Origin: Angustibacter luteus | GTDB lineage: Bacteria > Actinomycetota > Actinomycetes > Actinomycetales > Angustibacteraceae | DNA: 64,000 nucleotides | Direction of reading: 5' to 3' | Assembly: GCF_039541115.1 (NCBI RefSeq) | Contig: NZ_BAABFP010000002.1 | Coordinates: 1,178,001-1,242,000, forward strand | Shown: positions 1-9,501 of the stretch, one piece after another | How positions within the stretch are numbered: position 1 is the stretch's first letter | Layout of the letters: each line of letters opens with the position of its first letter | Notes under the pieces: model-generated | What the model was told of the DNA's origin: nothing | Databases searched by the model: none | The model's input: the letters and a program-made list of their open reading frames with translations, nothing else | Made by a program: the position numbers and the translations under genes

Positions 1-2
1 AG

Positions 3-413
3 TCGGCGTGGCGGCGGCCGGCCACGGGCACGTGGCCGGACTGGATGACCGAGTGGGAGACCCCCTTCGCCGAGGCCATCGACCGGACGAAGAAGTACGT
101 CGTGTCGAGCAGGCTCAGCGGGGTCGACTGGAATGCCGAGCTGGTGCAAGGCGACCTCGGGGAAGCGGTTCGGCGGCTCAAGCAGGAGCCAGGCGAGGGA
201 CTGTCCGTGGGCGGCGTGACCCTCCCCCTCGCGTTGGCAGACCTGGGGCTGATCGACGAGTACGAGTTCCTCGTGCAGCCCGTCCTGGCCGGGAACGGGC
301 CGACGTTGCTCGCCGGTCTGCGTGAACGCATCCAGCTCGAGCTCGTGCATCGCCATGAGTTCCGGTCAGGGGCGGTCGCCCTGCGATACCGGCCCACGCA
401 GGCAACGGCTTGA
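3..413 (+). CDS. Dihydrofolate reductase family / RibD C-terminal domain protein (5' truncated by window edge)
   Basis: Frame is open from base 3 (SAWRRPATGTWPDWMTEWE...). Motifs KYVVSS, VGGVTL, GLIDEY and PVLAGNG are typical of the RibD_C family. Confidence 0.85.
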   Translation, partial: SAWRRPATGTWPDWMTEWETPFAEAIDRTKKYVVSSRLSGVDWNAELVQGDLGEAVRRLKQEPGEGLSVGGVTLPLALADLGLIDEYEFLVQPVLAGNGPTLLAGLRERIQLELVHRHEFRSGAVALRYRPTQATA

Positions 414-527
414 CGTGAGGCGGACCGGCGCGTCGGCCGGTGCATCACCTGATCCACCAGCTGGCCGGATACCTGGGTGCTGGCGCGATGCTGGCTGTCG
501 GGGGCGATCGACGCAAGGGTGGCCGGC

Positions 528-1367
528 ATGAGCGATCGGCGGGTGGCCCTGGTGACCGGTACGTCGTCCGGGATCGGCTTGGAGGTGGCCCTGGGACTGG
601 CCCGGCGGGGCGTGCACGTCGTGGCGACGGCGAGGGACGTCGCCAAGGGCGCTGGTCTGCTCGCCGCCGCCACGCAGGAGGGACTGACCGTCGAGCTGCG
701 CGCCCTGGATGTGACCGTTCCGGAGCAGGCCGAGGCCTGCGTGACCGCGGTCGTGGCCGATCACGGCCGGCTCGACGTGTTGGTCAACAACGCCGGTCGC
801 GGCAAGGTCGCGACGCTCGAGCAGCTGGACGACGGCGAGCTGCAGGAGCAGCTGGAGGTGAACTACCTCTCGGTGGCCCGGCTGACCAGGCTGGTGCTCC
901 CCGTGATGCGGTCGGCCGGCCGCGGGCGGGTCGTGACCGTCACCAGTGTCGGCGGTGTGGTCGGCCAGCCGTTCGCGGACGCCTACTGCGGCGCGAAGTT
1001 CGCGGTCGAGGGGCTGATGCAGTCACTGGCGCCGGTGGTCGCACGGTTCGGCGTCGAGGTGGCGGTGGTCGAGCCAGCGGCGGTCGCCAGCGAGTTCGTG
1101 CGGAACACCGGCGCCGCCGACACCGGCAGCCCGTTGGACGACGACTACGCGCCGCTGCTCCAGGCGTACCTGCACCGCACGGGCCGCTCGTTCGCCACGG
1201 CGCAGCCGTCGAAGGAGGCCGCCGCCGTGGTGGTCGAGGCAGCGCTGACCGAGCAGCCTCGGTTCCGCTGGCAGACGTCGCCCTCCGCAGAGGGCTTCGC
1301 CGGGTTGTCGCTGGCCGATCTGTCTGGCGAGCGGGTGCTGGACCAGACGCGGACCTGGTTGACCTGA
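528..1367 (+). CDS. Short-chain dehydrogenase/reductase (SDR)
   Basis: VALVTGTSSGIG (TGxxxGxG), LVNNAG and catalytic YCGAK (YxxxK). Start set at ATG 528. Confidence 0.92.
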   Translation: MSDRRVALVTGTSSGIGLEVALGLARRGVHVVATARDVAKGAGLLAAATQEGLTVELRALDVTVPEQAEACVTAVVADHGRLDVLVNNAGRGKVATLEQLDDGELQEQLEVNYLSVARLTRLVLPVMRSAGRGRVVTVTSVGGVVGQPFADAYCGAKFAVEGLMQSLAPVVARFGVEVAVVEPAAVASEFVRNTGAADTGSPLDDDYAPLLQAYLHRTGRSFATAQPSKEAAAVVVEAALTEQPRFRWQTSPSAEGFAGLSLADLSGERVLDQTRTWLT

Positions 1368-1438
1368 GCCCGAGCTCGGCGCAGGGACGGCGTCGTACCC
1401 GAGCCGGCGAGGAGCGCGTCTCGTGCATGCTGCAAGGC

Positions 1439-2311
1439 ATGCATCGCGACGAAGTGCCGGTCGAGGTCCTGGCCGACGTGGTGAGGGCGGTCGGGGCGGA
1501 GGTCACTCTTCTCGGTCGGCTACCCGGAGGCGTCAATGCTGGTGCCGTGCGCGTCCAGCTGGCCGGACGGGCAGACGCCGTGCTCAAAGCAGTGCCCCGG
1601 ACACACCCCGGTCAGCTTGACGAGACGTTGCGCAGCCAGAGAGTGGTCGCGCACATGCGCGGACGCGGCTATCCCACCCCGGCCTGGCTCGGCGTGGGGG
1701 CAACGCCCACTCACGTATGGCATCTGATGGACTTCGTTGATGCGGTCCCTGCGCCCGAGCTGACCCCGGCCCTCGTCGAGCAGCTCATGGAGATCATCGA
1801 GCTCCAGGCTGGCCAAGCCACCGAGGACTACGACCACTGGGGGTACGCCTGGCGGGTCGCTACCGGTCAGGAGCCGGCTGTCGCCGGGCTCTCGCGGTAC
1901 TCCGCCGTGGTGTCGGCCTTGGTTGAGCGCCTGCGGCTCGCGTGCGCCGACGTCCCAGCACCACACGAGGCACCCGACATGGTCCACACGGATCTCAACC
2001 CGAGCAATGTCCTGGTCCGGGACGGAGCGGTGGTGTCAGTCGTGGACATCGTCAACGCGGGGAGCGGCACGCGAGCGACTGACCTCACCACCCTTCAGTG
2101 GCACACCTTCCAGGATCCGCTGGACGGGGTCCGTGGGCGGTTGTGGACGAGGATCCTCGAACTGGTCGGCTGGGAGTGGGCCGCAGCGCTCGCAGCCACA
2201 CAGATCCTCCTGCAGCTCGAGTGGCCCATCCGTCTCGGGCGGCACGATCTTGTGGCTGACGTGGTCGAGCGCGGCCACCGCACCCTCGACGAGCTGAACG
2301 GGCTTCGCTGA
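1439..2311 (+). CDS. Aminoglycoside phosphotransferase / choline kinase-like small-molecule kinase
   Basis: LPGGVNAG glycine loop, AVLK lysine, Brenner motif VHTDLNPSNVLV (HxDxxxxN) and the VVD metal-binding Asp. Alternative start at 1427. Confidence 0.8.
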   Translation: MHRDEVPVEVLADVVRAVGAEVTLLGRLPGGVNAGAVRVQLAGRADAVLKAVPRTHPGQLDETLRSQRVVAHMRGRGYPTPAWLGVGATPTHVWHLMDFVDAVPAPELTPALVEQLMEIIELQAGQATEDYDHWGYAWRVATGQEPAVAGLSRYSAVVSALVERLRLACADVPAPHEAPDMVHTDLNPSNVLVRDGAVVSVVDIVNAGSGTRATDLTTLQWHTFQDPLDGVRGRLWTRILELVGWEWAAALAATQILLQLEWPIRLGRHDLVADVVERGHRTLDELNGLR

Positions 2312-2407
2312 CCGTCACCCGGCGTCCGCCGGTCGGGTCAGTCCATCCTGCTTCCTGCTCTGCCTCTCGAAGGCTACGGTGGCGCGACCGTCCGAGAGGA
2401 GACCGTC

Positions 2408-3901
2408 GTGCCGAGTCGTCCGTCCCGTCCCCGTCGCGTCGTCCTGACGGCCGCGCTCGCCGCGGGTGCGCTGGTCGGCACCGTCCCGTGGCTCATCGCA
2501 CCTGCCGCGTCCGCCGCGCCGACGGTGTGCCCGCCGCCGTTGGACGAGCGGGCGGCCCCGGACTACGACGGAGACTTCGCCGCGGACCTCACGGTGGGAG
2601 TCCCGACGGGTCTCGTCGGGGGCGTGCCCACCGGCGCGGTCGACATCCACTATGCCCAAGGCCGCGCCCAGCGGGTCGGCCCGGCCTCGTTCATCGGGAT
2701 CCCCGCGGCGGCCGGCGACCTGTTCGGCGCCTCGGTGGAGAGCTTGCCGCCCGACCAGACCGCGGACTCCTGCGACGACCTGGCCATCGGGGCGCCCGGG
2801 AGCGACCGCGGTCGCGGAGCGGTCGTCATCGCTCACGGCAGTCTGACCGGCCTGACGTCCGCTGGCGCCGTCCGGCTGACCGGCCGGTCGGCTGGCGAGC
2901 GCTTCGGCGCCTCGATCGCGCTCGGGTCGGCCAGCGCCGACACCACCTCCTACGACCTCTACGTCGGCGCCCCCAACCGGACGGTGTCCGGTCGGGCGGG
3001 AGCCGGCGCAGTCGACATCTACCGCGTCCAGAAGGCGACTGGAGCCGCGACCTACCTCGGCGCGGTCACCGAGGACACCCCCGGCGTGCCCGGCGTCGCC
3101 GAGGCCGGGGACCACTTCGGCACGGTGCTCGCCTTCTCCGACACCCTGGCCGTCGGTGTCCCGGACGAGACGAGCGGCTCGCACCGCCAGGCCGGCGACG
3201 TCGTCCTGGTGAAGACCTCGACCACCGGTGCCGTCACGGCGGCCAGGCTCCTGCAGCAGGGGTACCAGGGTCTTCCCGGCGTGGCCGAGACCGGTGACCG
3301 GGTCGGCGCCGCGCTCTCGTGGTCCGGCGACGCGCTGTGGGTCGGCGAGCCCGGCGAGGCGATCGGCCGCGCCGCCGGCGCCGGCCAGGTCCAGGTGTTC
3401 CGCTCGGCGTGGGTGTCGCGTTCGAGCGGTGACGTGGGCACCATCACCCAGAACACCTACGCCGTACCCGGCACGGTCCAGGCGGGCGATCACTTCGGCG
3501 CCTCGGTGAACGCCCAGGGCAATCTCTGCAGCGCTCAAGCAGCAGCCGTCGGCTCTCCCGGCGAGGACATCGGTTCGGTCCGGGACGCCGGCGAGGTCAC
3601 CATCGTCCTGTCGGTCGCCGGAGCCAACGCCTGCCAGCGGTCATACCACCAGGGTCCGGGTGGCGGTCTGGGTGGCGCCGCCGAGGCCGGTGACCAGGTC
3701 GGCGCGGCGCTTTCCGCGCTCAACCCCTGGGACAGCCTGGACCTGGTCGTGGGCATCCCGGGTGAGGGCGTCGGCAGCTCCGCGCACGCCGGCGGGGTCA
3801 CGGTGGTTCACCCCGGTCTGGCCCCGAGGAGCTACGGCGACAGCGCCGGCCGCGTGACGAATTCTCGCTACGGGGCCGTGCTCGAGCCGTCGGCCTGGTG
3901 A
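2408..3901 (+). CDS. Secreted FG-GAP / integrin-alpha repeat beta-propeller protein
   Basis: N-terminal signal peptide with RR and a hydrophobic stretch. Repeated FGAS..DLAIGAPG, GDHFG..LAVGVP and GDQVGAAL..DLVVGIPGE..AGGV units. Confidence 0.85.
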   Translation: MPSRPSRPRRVVLTAALAAGALVGTVPWLIAPAASAAPTVCPPPLDERAAPDYDGDFAADLTVGVPTGLVGGVPTGAVDIHYAQGRAQRVGPASFIGIPAAAGDLFGASVESLPPDQTADSCDDLAIGAPGSDRGRGAVVIAHGSLTGLTSAGAVRLTGRSAGERFGASIALGSASADTTSYDLYVGAPNRTVSGRAGAGAVDIYRVQKATGAATYLGAVTEDTPGVPGVAEAGDHFGTVLAFSDTLAVGVPDETSGSHRQAGDVVLVKTSTTGAVTAARLLQQGYQGLPGVAETGDRVGAALSWSGDALWVGEPGEAIGRAAGAGQVQVFRSAWVSRSSGDVGTITQNTYAVPGTVQAGDHFGASVNAQGNLCSAQAAAVGSPGEDIGSVRDAGEVTIVLSVAGANACQRSYHQGPGGGLGGAAEAGDQVGAALSALNPWDSLDLVVGIPGEGVGSSAHAGGVTVVHPGLAPRSYGDSAGRVTNSRYGAVLEPSAW

Positions 3902-4078
3902 GGGTCGCCCCCTGACGACTCCGTCGCTGAGATCAGAGCAGTGGGGCACAGAACCGGCTTCAGGTCCCCCCCTTCTCTGATTTCGCCGAGTCTGCCACCC
4001 AGTCGGCATTGACCCCGTGTGGCTCTCCGATCACACACGGCGACCGTTTCATACCTGTTCTATGGAATTGCACAAGAA

Positions 4079-4096
4079 CCGTGACATCTGTCATGG
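4079..4096. promoter_or_regulatory. Palindromic CRP/GlxR-like operator upstream of the S53 protease
   Basis: CCGTGACATCTGTCATGG is a near-perfect palindrome with a GTGA-N6-TCA core, located in an AT-richer intergenic region. Confidence 0.4.
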
Positions 4097-4154
4097 GCGC
4101 TGGTGGACGACGGAGAAAGGCTCGCCTCAACCCGTTCTCCACGGAAGGATCTCC

Positions 4155-6176
4155 ATGAGTCCACGCCTGTCCATCAAGGTGACGGCCGCTACCGCGGCCG
4201 CCTTGGTGGCCCCCACGTTGTTCGCCACCACGGCGTTCGCGGCCGCCGGTTCCGGCGCGTCCCGGCACGCGGTGGCCAATGCCCAGCCCGACCAGGTCAA
4301 GGGCGCCAAGGTCGTCGGCACCCCGTCGGCCAAGCAGCAGGCGGAGGTCCGGGTGTTCCTGGCCGGCCGCGACCAGGCCGGTCTGGCCAAGGCAGTCGCG
4401 GCGGTCGCCGACCCGCACAGCGCGAGCTACCAGCACTACCTGACTGCAGCCCAGATCAAGGCCGCGTACGCGCCGTCCGCCGCGTCCGTCGCGCGCACGA
4501 AGGCGTTCCTCAAGGGGTACGGCCTGACGATCGGGGAGATCCCGGCGAACAACGCCTACGTCACCGCGACCGGCTCGTTGTCCCAGCTGCAGAAGGCGTT
4601 CGGGACGACGCTGCACACGTACTCGGTATCCGGACACACCCTGCGTGCGGCGTCCAGCGCGCCGAGCGTCCCGGCGTCCTTGTCGGCCGACGTCATCGCG
4701 GTGTCCGGCTTGGCCAGCATCAGCCAGCTGATGTCCACTGACCGTGTCGGCGGCCCGACGACCACGCACCGCACCGCCAAGTCCGCGACGACCAAGGCCC
4801 CGCCACCGGACGCCTTCGTCAACGCCACCCCGTGCTCGACCTTCTACGGCCAGAAGCAGGCCACCACCGTTCCCACCGCCTACGGCAAGGTTCAGCCCTA
4901 CGCCCCCTGCGGCTACGTGCCCGACCAGCTCGAGGGCGCCTACGGCCTGACCCGGTCGATCGCCAAGGGCTTCGACGGCCGCGGCGTCACGGTCGCGATC
5001 ACCGACGCGTACGCCGCGCCGACGATCCTGTCCGACGCGAACACCTACGCGACCAGCCACGGCCAGAACGCGTTCAAGGGCAAGCAGTTCAAGCAGGTTC
5101 CGCCGGCCAAGCCGTACCGCTACGGCTACGACGACACCGTGAACGGCGACCTGTGCGGCGAGCAGGGCTGGTACGGCGAGGAGACCCTGGACGTCGAGGC
5201 CGTGCACGCCATGGCTCCCGGCGCGAACGTCACCTACGTCCCCGGCCGCTCCTGCGACAACGCCGACCTGCTGACCGCGGTCAACAAGGTCGTCGCCCGG
5301 CACCTGGCCGACATCGTCACGAACTCCTGGGGCGGCACCGACGAGTCCAACGGCTCCCCCGCGCTGGACACCGCCTACCAGCAGGTCTTCTACCAGGCCG
5401 CGCTCGAGGGCATCGGCGTCTACTTCTCTTCGGGCGACTCCGGTGACGGGGCCTCCGACAACAACGGCGTGCCGACGGTGCAGTCCCCGGCCAACAGCTC
5501 GCTGGTGACCGCGGTCGGCGGCACCTCGCTGGCCGTCAGCAAGACCAACACCCGGACGTTCGAGACCGGGTGGAGCACCTCGAAGTCCACGCTGACGGAC
5601 GGCGCCTGGGACCCGACCCCTCCGGGCACCTACCAGTACGGCGGCGGGGGCGGCACCAGCCAGGTGTTCTCCCAGCCGGCGTACCAGAAGGGCGTCGTCC
5701 CGGCGTCCATCGCGAAGCGCTACAGCAAGCTTGGTGGGCGCGCGGTGCCGGACGTCTCGGCGCTGGGTGACCCGAACACCGGCATGCGGGTCGGCGAGAC
5801 CCAGACGTTCCCGGACGGCACGGTCAAGTACTCCGAGTACCGCATCGGCGGCACCTCGCTGGCCAGCCCGCTGTTCGCCGGGATGATGGCGATCGCCGAC
5901 CAGGTGTCCGGCCGTCCGCACGGGTTCGCCAACTATGCGCTGTACGACCTGTACGGCACGCAGGCGTACTTCGACCCGACGCACAAGGCCAACACCGGCG
6001 TCGTGCGGGTGGACTACGTGAACGGCGTCGACGACTCCGACGGCCTGACGACGTCCCTGCGCACGCTCGACGCACGCAACGGGACGACGATCCGGACCAC
6101 CGCCGGGTACGACGACATCACCGGTGTGGGCACGCCCAACGGAGAGCGGTTCGTGGGCGGGCTCGGCGTCGGCTGA
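4155..6176 (+). CDS. Secreted S53 family (sedolisin/kumamolisin-like) peptidase with pro-domain
   Basis: Signal peptide, pro-kumamolisin activation domain (SYQHYLT), GEETLDVE (ExxLD), SSGDSG oxyanion Asp, GGTSLASP nucleophile Ser and GYDDITGVGTPN Ca-binding site. RBS GGAAGGA precedes ATG 4155. Confidence 0.93.
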   Translation: MSPRLSIKVTAATAAALVAPTLFATTAFAAAGSGASRHAVANAQPDQVKGAKVVGTPSAKQQAEVRVFLAGRDQAGLAKAVAAVADPHSASYQHYLTAAQIKAAYAPSAASVARTKAFLKGYGLTIGEIPANNAYVTATGSLSQLQKAFGTTLHTYSVSGHTLRAASSAPSVPASLSADVIAVSGLASISQLMSTDRVGGPTTTHRTAKSATTKAPPPDAFVNATPCSTFYGQKQATTVPTAYGKVQPYAPCGYVPDQLEGAYGLTRSIAKGFDGRGVTVAITDAYAAPTILSDANTYATSHGQNAFKGKQFKQVPPAKPYRYGYDDTVNGDLCGEQGWYGEETLDVEAVHAMAPGANVTYVPGRSCDNADLLTAVNKVVARHLADIVTNSWGGTDESNGSPALDTAYQQVFYQAALEGIGVYFSSGDSGDGASDNNGVPTVQSPANSSLVTAVGGTSLAVSKTNTRTFETGWSTSKSTLTDGAWDPTPPGTYQYGGGGGTSQVFSQPAYQKGVVPASIAKRYSKLGGRAVPDVSALGDPNTGMRVGETQTFPDGTVKYSEYRIGGTSLASPLFAGMMAIADQVSGRPHGFANYALYDLYGTQAYFDPTHKANTGVVRVDYVNGVDDSDGLTTSLRTLDARNGTTIRTTAGYDDITGVGTPNGERFVGGLGVG

Positions 6177-6203
6177 TCGACGGGATCCAGCCGCCGCAAA
6201 AGC

Positions 6204-6240
6204 GACGCCCCCGCAGCCTCACCGTGGCTGCGGGGGCGTC
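6204..6240. terminator. Intrinsic terminator hairpin after the S53 gene
   Basis: GACGCCCCCGCAGCC / GGCTGCGGGGGCGTC perfect 15-bp stem, flanked by AAAA on one side and CTTT on the other. Confidence 0.75.
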
Positions 6241-6254
6241 CCTTTGCTCACACC

Positions 6255-6328
6255 CGCTTCCGCCGTCCAAGCCCCTTTCCGCCACTCAAGCCGGTTTTCC
6301 GGAAGGAAAAGCGGTCTGGGTGGCGGAA
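6255..6328. repeat. Dispersed REP-like palindromic element, family A, copy 1
   Basis: Two direct TTCCGCC(ACTCAAGCCGGT)-type units followed by an inverted unit ...AAAGCGGTCTGGGTGGCGGAA. Matches 19786-19858. Confidence 0.7.
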
Positions 6329-6331
6329 ACG

Positions 6332-6661
6332 TCAGTGGGCGGCGTTGTACGCGTCGCGAACCGTGGCCGAGATGCGGCCGCGCTCGCTCACCTGGTGACC
6401 GTTCTGCTTGGCCCACTCGCGAATAGCCGCAGTGTCCTCAGACCCACCAGCACGGGACGCCGGACGCGCCGCCCGGGGGGACCGACCGGACACCCGACGG
6501 CCGCTGCCGACCCACAGCGAGAACGAGTCCCGCAGCTTGGCGGCGTTCTCGTCGTTCAGGTCGATCTCGTACGTCACCCCGTCCAACGCGAAGGTCACGG
6601 TCTGGCTCGCGTCACCGCCGTCGATATCGTCGATCAGGACGACCTGAACCTTCTGCGCCAT
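6332..6661 (-). CDS. lsr2: Nucleoid-associated protein Lsr2
   Basis: [29 protein letters not shown] and [18 protein letters not shown] (RGR AT-hook). Confidence 0.97.
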   Translation of the reverse strand: MAQKVQVVLIDDIDGGDASQTVTFALDGVTYEIDLNDENAAKLRDSFSLWVGSGRRVSGRSPRAARPASRAGGSEDTAAIREWAKQNGHQVSERGRISATVRDAYNAAH

Positions 6662-6777
6662 TGCGGCTCGCCTTCTCTCGCTGAATTCTTGTCCACCCGG
6701 ACAATCCAGCGAAAGCATTTCCTGTGCGTATTCGGTTTGTCAAAACCGAGGCACCGAAAGCGGCGCGACATTGGAGT

Positions 6778-6948
6778 TCAGCGAGAAATGCTGGGATCCG
6801 TCGGCGTCGTCGCGGCGGGGTGGTCCTTGTCCCACCGGGCCTGCGCGGTGCGCTCGCGGCGGTCGCCCTCGAGCATCGCCTTGATCGCGACGACGAACAG
6901 GAACAGCACCCCGACGGACGGGATGAGCGCGAGCAGGGCCTTCACCAT
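6778..6948 (-). CDS. Small single-pass membrane protein (56 aa), absent from the ORF track
   Basis: MVKALLALIPSVGVLFLFVVAIKAMLEGDRRERTAQARWD..., strong GC3 bias, and TACCGT -10-like hexamer 7 nt before the ATG. Confidence 0.75.
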   Translation of the reverse strand: MVKALLALIPSVGVLFLFVVAIKAMLEGDRRERTAQARWDKDHPAATTPTDPSISR

Positions 6949-6981
6949 GTCATCCACGGTACCTCTGCGCGCACGACGCCC

Positions 6982-8493
6982 TCAGTGCGGCTTCACCAGC
7001 GGGAACAAGATCGTGTCGCGGACGCCGAGCCCGGTCAGCGCCATCAGCAGCCGGTCCACGCCCATGCCCTGCCCACCGGACGGCGGCATCGCGTACTCCA
7101 TGGCCCGCAGGAAGTCCTCGTCCACGCGCATGGCCTCCTCGTCGCCGAGCGCCGCGAACTTGGCCTGCTCCTCGAAGCGGTGCCGCTGGATCACCGGGTC
7201 GACCAGCTCGGAGTAGCCCGTGGCGAGCTCGAAGCCGCGGACGTAGAGATCCCACTTCTCGGTGAGCCCCGCCTCGCTGCGGTGGNNNNNNNNNNNNNNN
7301 NNNNNNNNNNNNNNNNNNNNNNNNNNNNNNNNNNNNNNNNNNNNNNNNNNNNNNNNNNNNNNNNNNNNNNNNNNNNNNNNNNNNNNNNNNNNNNNNNNNN
7401 NNNNNNNNNNNNNNNNNNNGAGCTTGTCCGCGTACTCGCGCAGCTGGGTCACCGAGGTCTGCGCGGTGACCTGCTCGCCGAGCGCCTCGGACAGCGAGCC
7501 GTACATCGTCAGCGACGTCCAGTCGCCGGAGAAGTCGTACTCCGTTCCGTCGTGCAGCACCGCGGTCTGCGAGCCGTGCACCACCTCACAGGCGTTCTGC
7601 ACGAGGACCTGGGTCAGGTCCGCGACCGTGTTGTAGTCGCCGTACGCCTCGTAGAACTCGAGCATCGCGAACTCGGGGCTGTGCGTGGAGTCGGCGCCCT
7701 CGTTGCGGAAGTTCCGGTTGATCTCGAAGACCTTCTCGAGCCCGCCGACGGCAGCGCGCTTGAGGAAGAGCTCGGGTGCGATCCGCAGGAAGAGCTCCAT
7801 GTCGTACGCGTTCATGTGGGTGCTGAACGGGCGCGCCGCGGCACCGCCGTGCTGGGTCTGCAGCATCGGGGTCTCGACCTCGATGAAGCCCCGGGCGTGG
7901 AACGTGTCGCGCAGCGACCGAACGACGGCAGCGCGGTTGCGCACCATCTCGCGGGCCGCCGGGCGGACGATGAGGTCCGCGTAGCGCTGCCGGACCCGCA
8001 CCTCCTCGTTCAGCTCGGCGCCCTCGTGCAGGTTCGGCAACGGCCGCAACGCCTTCGCGGCCAGCTGCCAGGCGTCGGCCATGATGCTGAGCTCGCCGCG
8101 CCGGCTCGAGATGACCTTGCCGTGCACGAACACGTGGTCGCCCAGGTCGACGTCCGACTTCCACTCCGCCAGACGCTCCTCGCCGACCTCCGCGAGGCTG
8201 AGCATCGCCTGGAGCCGCGTGCCGTCACCCTCCTGCAGGGTCGCGAAGCAGAGCTTGCCGGTGTTGCGCACGAAGACCACCCGGCCGGTGACGCCTACGA
8301 CGTCATCCGTCTCGGCGCCGGGCTCCAGGTCGGGGTGCGCCGCGCGGACCTCGGCGAGCGTGTGCGTGCGCGGCACGCCGACGGGGTAGGGCTCGACCCC
8401 GGACGCCAGCAGCCGCTCACGCTTGGCCCGCCGCACCTGCATCTGCTCGGGGACGTCGTCGGCTGGCGCGGGCGGCGGGGGCTGGTCGTTCAC
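6982..8493 (-). CDS. lysS: Lysine--tRNA ligase (class II); contains an assembly gap
   Basis: OB-fold region, [41 protein letters not shown] and [14 protein letters not shown]. Start set at GTG 8493 (TAGGGT 7 nt upstream). Confidence 0.97.
   Translation of the reverse strand: MNDQPPPPAPADDVPEQMQVRRAKRERLLASGVEPYPVGVPRTHTLAEVRAAHPDLEPGAETDDVVGVTGRVVFVRNTGKLCFATLQEGDGTRLQAMLSLAEVGEERLAEWKSDVDLGDHVFVHGKVISSRRGELSIMADAWQLAAKALRPLPNLHEGAELNEEVRVRQRYADLIVRPAAREMVRNRAAVVRSLRDTFHARGFIEVETPMLQTQHGGAAARPFSTHMNAYDMELFLRIAPELFLKRAAVGGLEKVFEINRNFRNEGADSTHSPEFAMLEFYEAYGDYNTVADLTQVLVQNACEVVHGSQTAVLHDGTEYDFSGDWTSLTMYGSLSEALGEQVTAQTSVTQLREYADKLXXXXXXXXXXXXXXXXXXXXXXXXXXXXXXXXXXXXXXXXXXXXXHRSEAGLTEKWDLYVRGFELATGYSELVDPVIQRHRFEEQAKFAALGDEEAMRVDEDFLRAMEYAMPPSGGQGMGVDRLLMALTGLGVRDTILFPLVKPH
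7286..7419. other. Assembly gap (134 N) within lysS
   Basis: Run of N. The frame is preserved across it and about 45 codons is a plausible length for the missing LysS segment. Confidence 0.99.
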
Positions 8494-8531
8494 GTCCACA
8501 ACCCTACCGACCCGCCGCCACCGCGTTCCCA

Positions 8532-8590
8532 CACCATTCGCGCTTCACGGGGCTATGGGGGCCCGAAAAGCACCTCAAGCGCGAATGGTG
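8532..8590. repeat. Dispersed palindromic element, family B, copy 1
   Basis: CACCATTCGCGCTT ... AAGCGCGAATGGTG perfect 14-bp inverted arms. Matches 54588-54650. Confidence 0.7.
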
Positions 8591-8604
8591 CGTGGTGGGT
8601 CGGG

Positions 8605-9501
8605 TCAGGTCAGGTCGAGCGCGAGGTCGAGGATCGGGCTGGAGTGGGTGAGCCCACCGACGGACAGGTAGTCGACACCGGTCTCCCCGTAGTCACGGGC
8701 GTGCTCCAGCGTCAGCCCGCCGGTCCCCTCGATCTCGACCCGGTCCGGCGTCGCCGCCCGCACCGCCGCCACGGTCTCGGCGAGCAACGGCACGGACATG
8801 TTGTCGCACAACAGGAACCGCGCCCCGGCAGCGATCGCCTCGAGCGCCTCGTCCAGGGTGGTGACCTCGACCTGCACCTCGACGTCCGGGTAGCGCGCCC
8901 GCACCGCCTCGTACGCCGCGCGCACCGAACCGGCCGCGAGCTTGTGGTTGTCCTTGACCATCGCGACGTCGTACAGGCCCATCCGCTTGTTCGTCCCGCC
9001 ACCGCAGCGCACCGCGTACTTCTCGAGGGCGCGCAGCCCCGGTGTGGTCTTGCGGGTGTCCAGCACGGTGGCGCCGGTGCCCGCCAGCTCGTCGGCCCAG
9101 AGCCGGGTGTGCGTCGCCACGCCGGACATGCGGCACACCAGGTTCAGCGCCGTCCGCTCCCCGACCAGCAGCACCTGGGTGGCGCCGCTGACCTCGACCA
9201 GCACGTCCCCGCGCCGCACCCGGTCGCCGTCCGCCGCCCGCACCACGACGTGAGCCGCCGCCACACCGAGCCGCGCGGCGACGTCGTCCCAGACCAGGCC
9301 GAACAGCGCCAGCCCGGCCACCACCCCATCGGCCCGGGCGACGACGTGGGCCGTCGACTGCTGGCTGAGGGCGATAGTGGCGGACGACGTCACGTCCACC
9401 CCGTCGGGCCCGCCGAGGTCCTCGTCCAGAGCGCGCCGGACGACGTCCCGCACCGCCGCCGGGTCCAACCCGGTCGCCTGCAACGTGTCGTCCCCTCTCA
9501 T
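8605..9501 (-). CDS. nadC: Nicotinate-nucleotide diphosphorylase (quinolinate phosphoribosyltransferase)
   Basis: ERTALN, DTRKTTPGLRALEKYAV, MVKDNH, LCDNM and GVDYLSVGGLTHS. Confidence 0.96.
   Translation of the reverse strand: MRGDDTLQATGLDPAAVRDVVRRALDEDLGGPDGVDVTSSATIALSQQSTAHVVARADGVVAGLALFGLVWDDVAARLGVAAAHVVVRAADGDRVRRGDVLVEVSGATQVLLVGERTALNLVCRMSGVATHTRLWADELAGTGATVLDTRKTTPGLRALEKYAVRCGGGTNKRMGLYDVAMVKDNHKLAAGSVRAAYEAVRARYPDVEVQVEVTTLDEALEAIAAGARFLLCDNMSVPLLAETVAAVRAATPDRVEIEGTGGLTLEHARDYGETGVDYLSVGGLTHSSPILDLALDLT

Noticed and set aside
7286..7419. lysS as a pseudogene or interrupted gene
   Set aside because: The interruption is an N gap. The frame is preserved and the gap length fits the missing protein segment.
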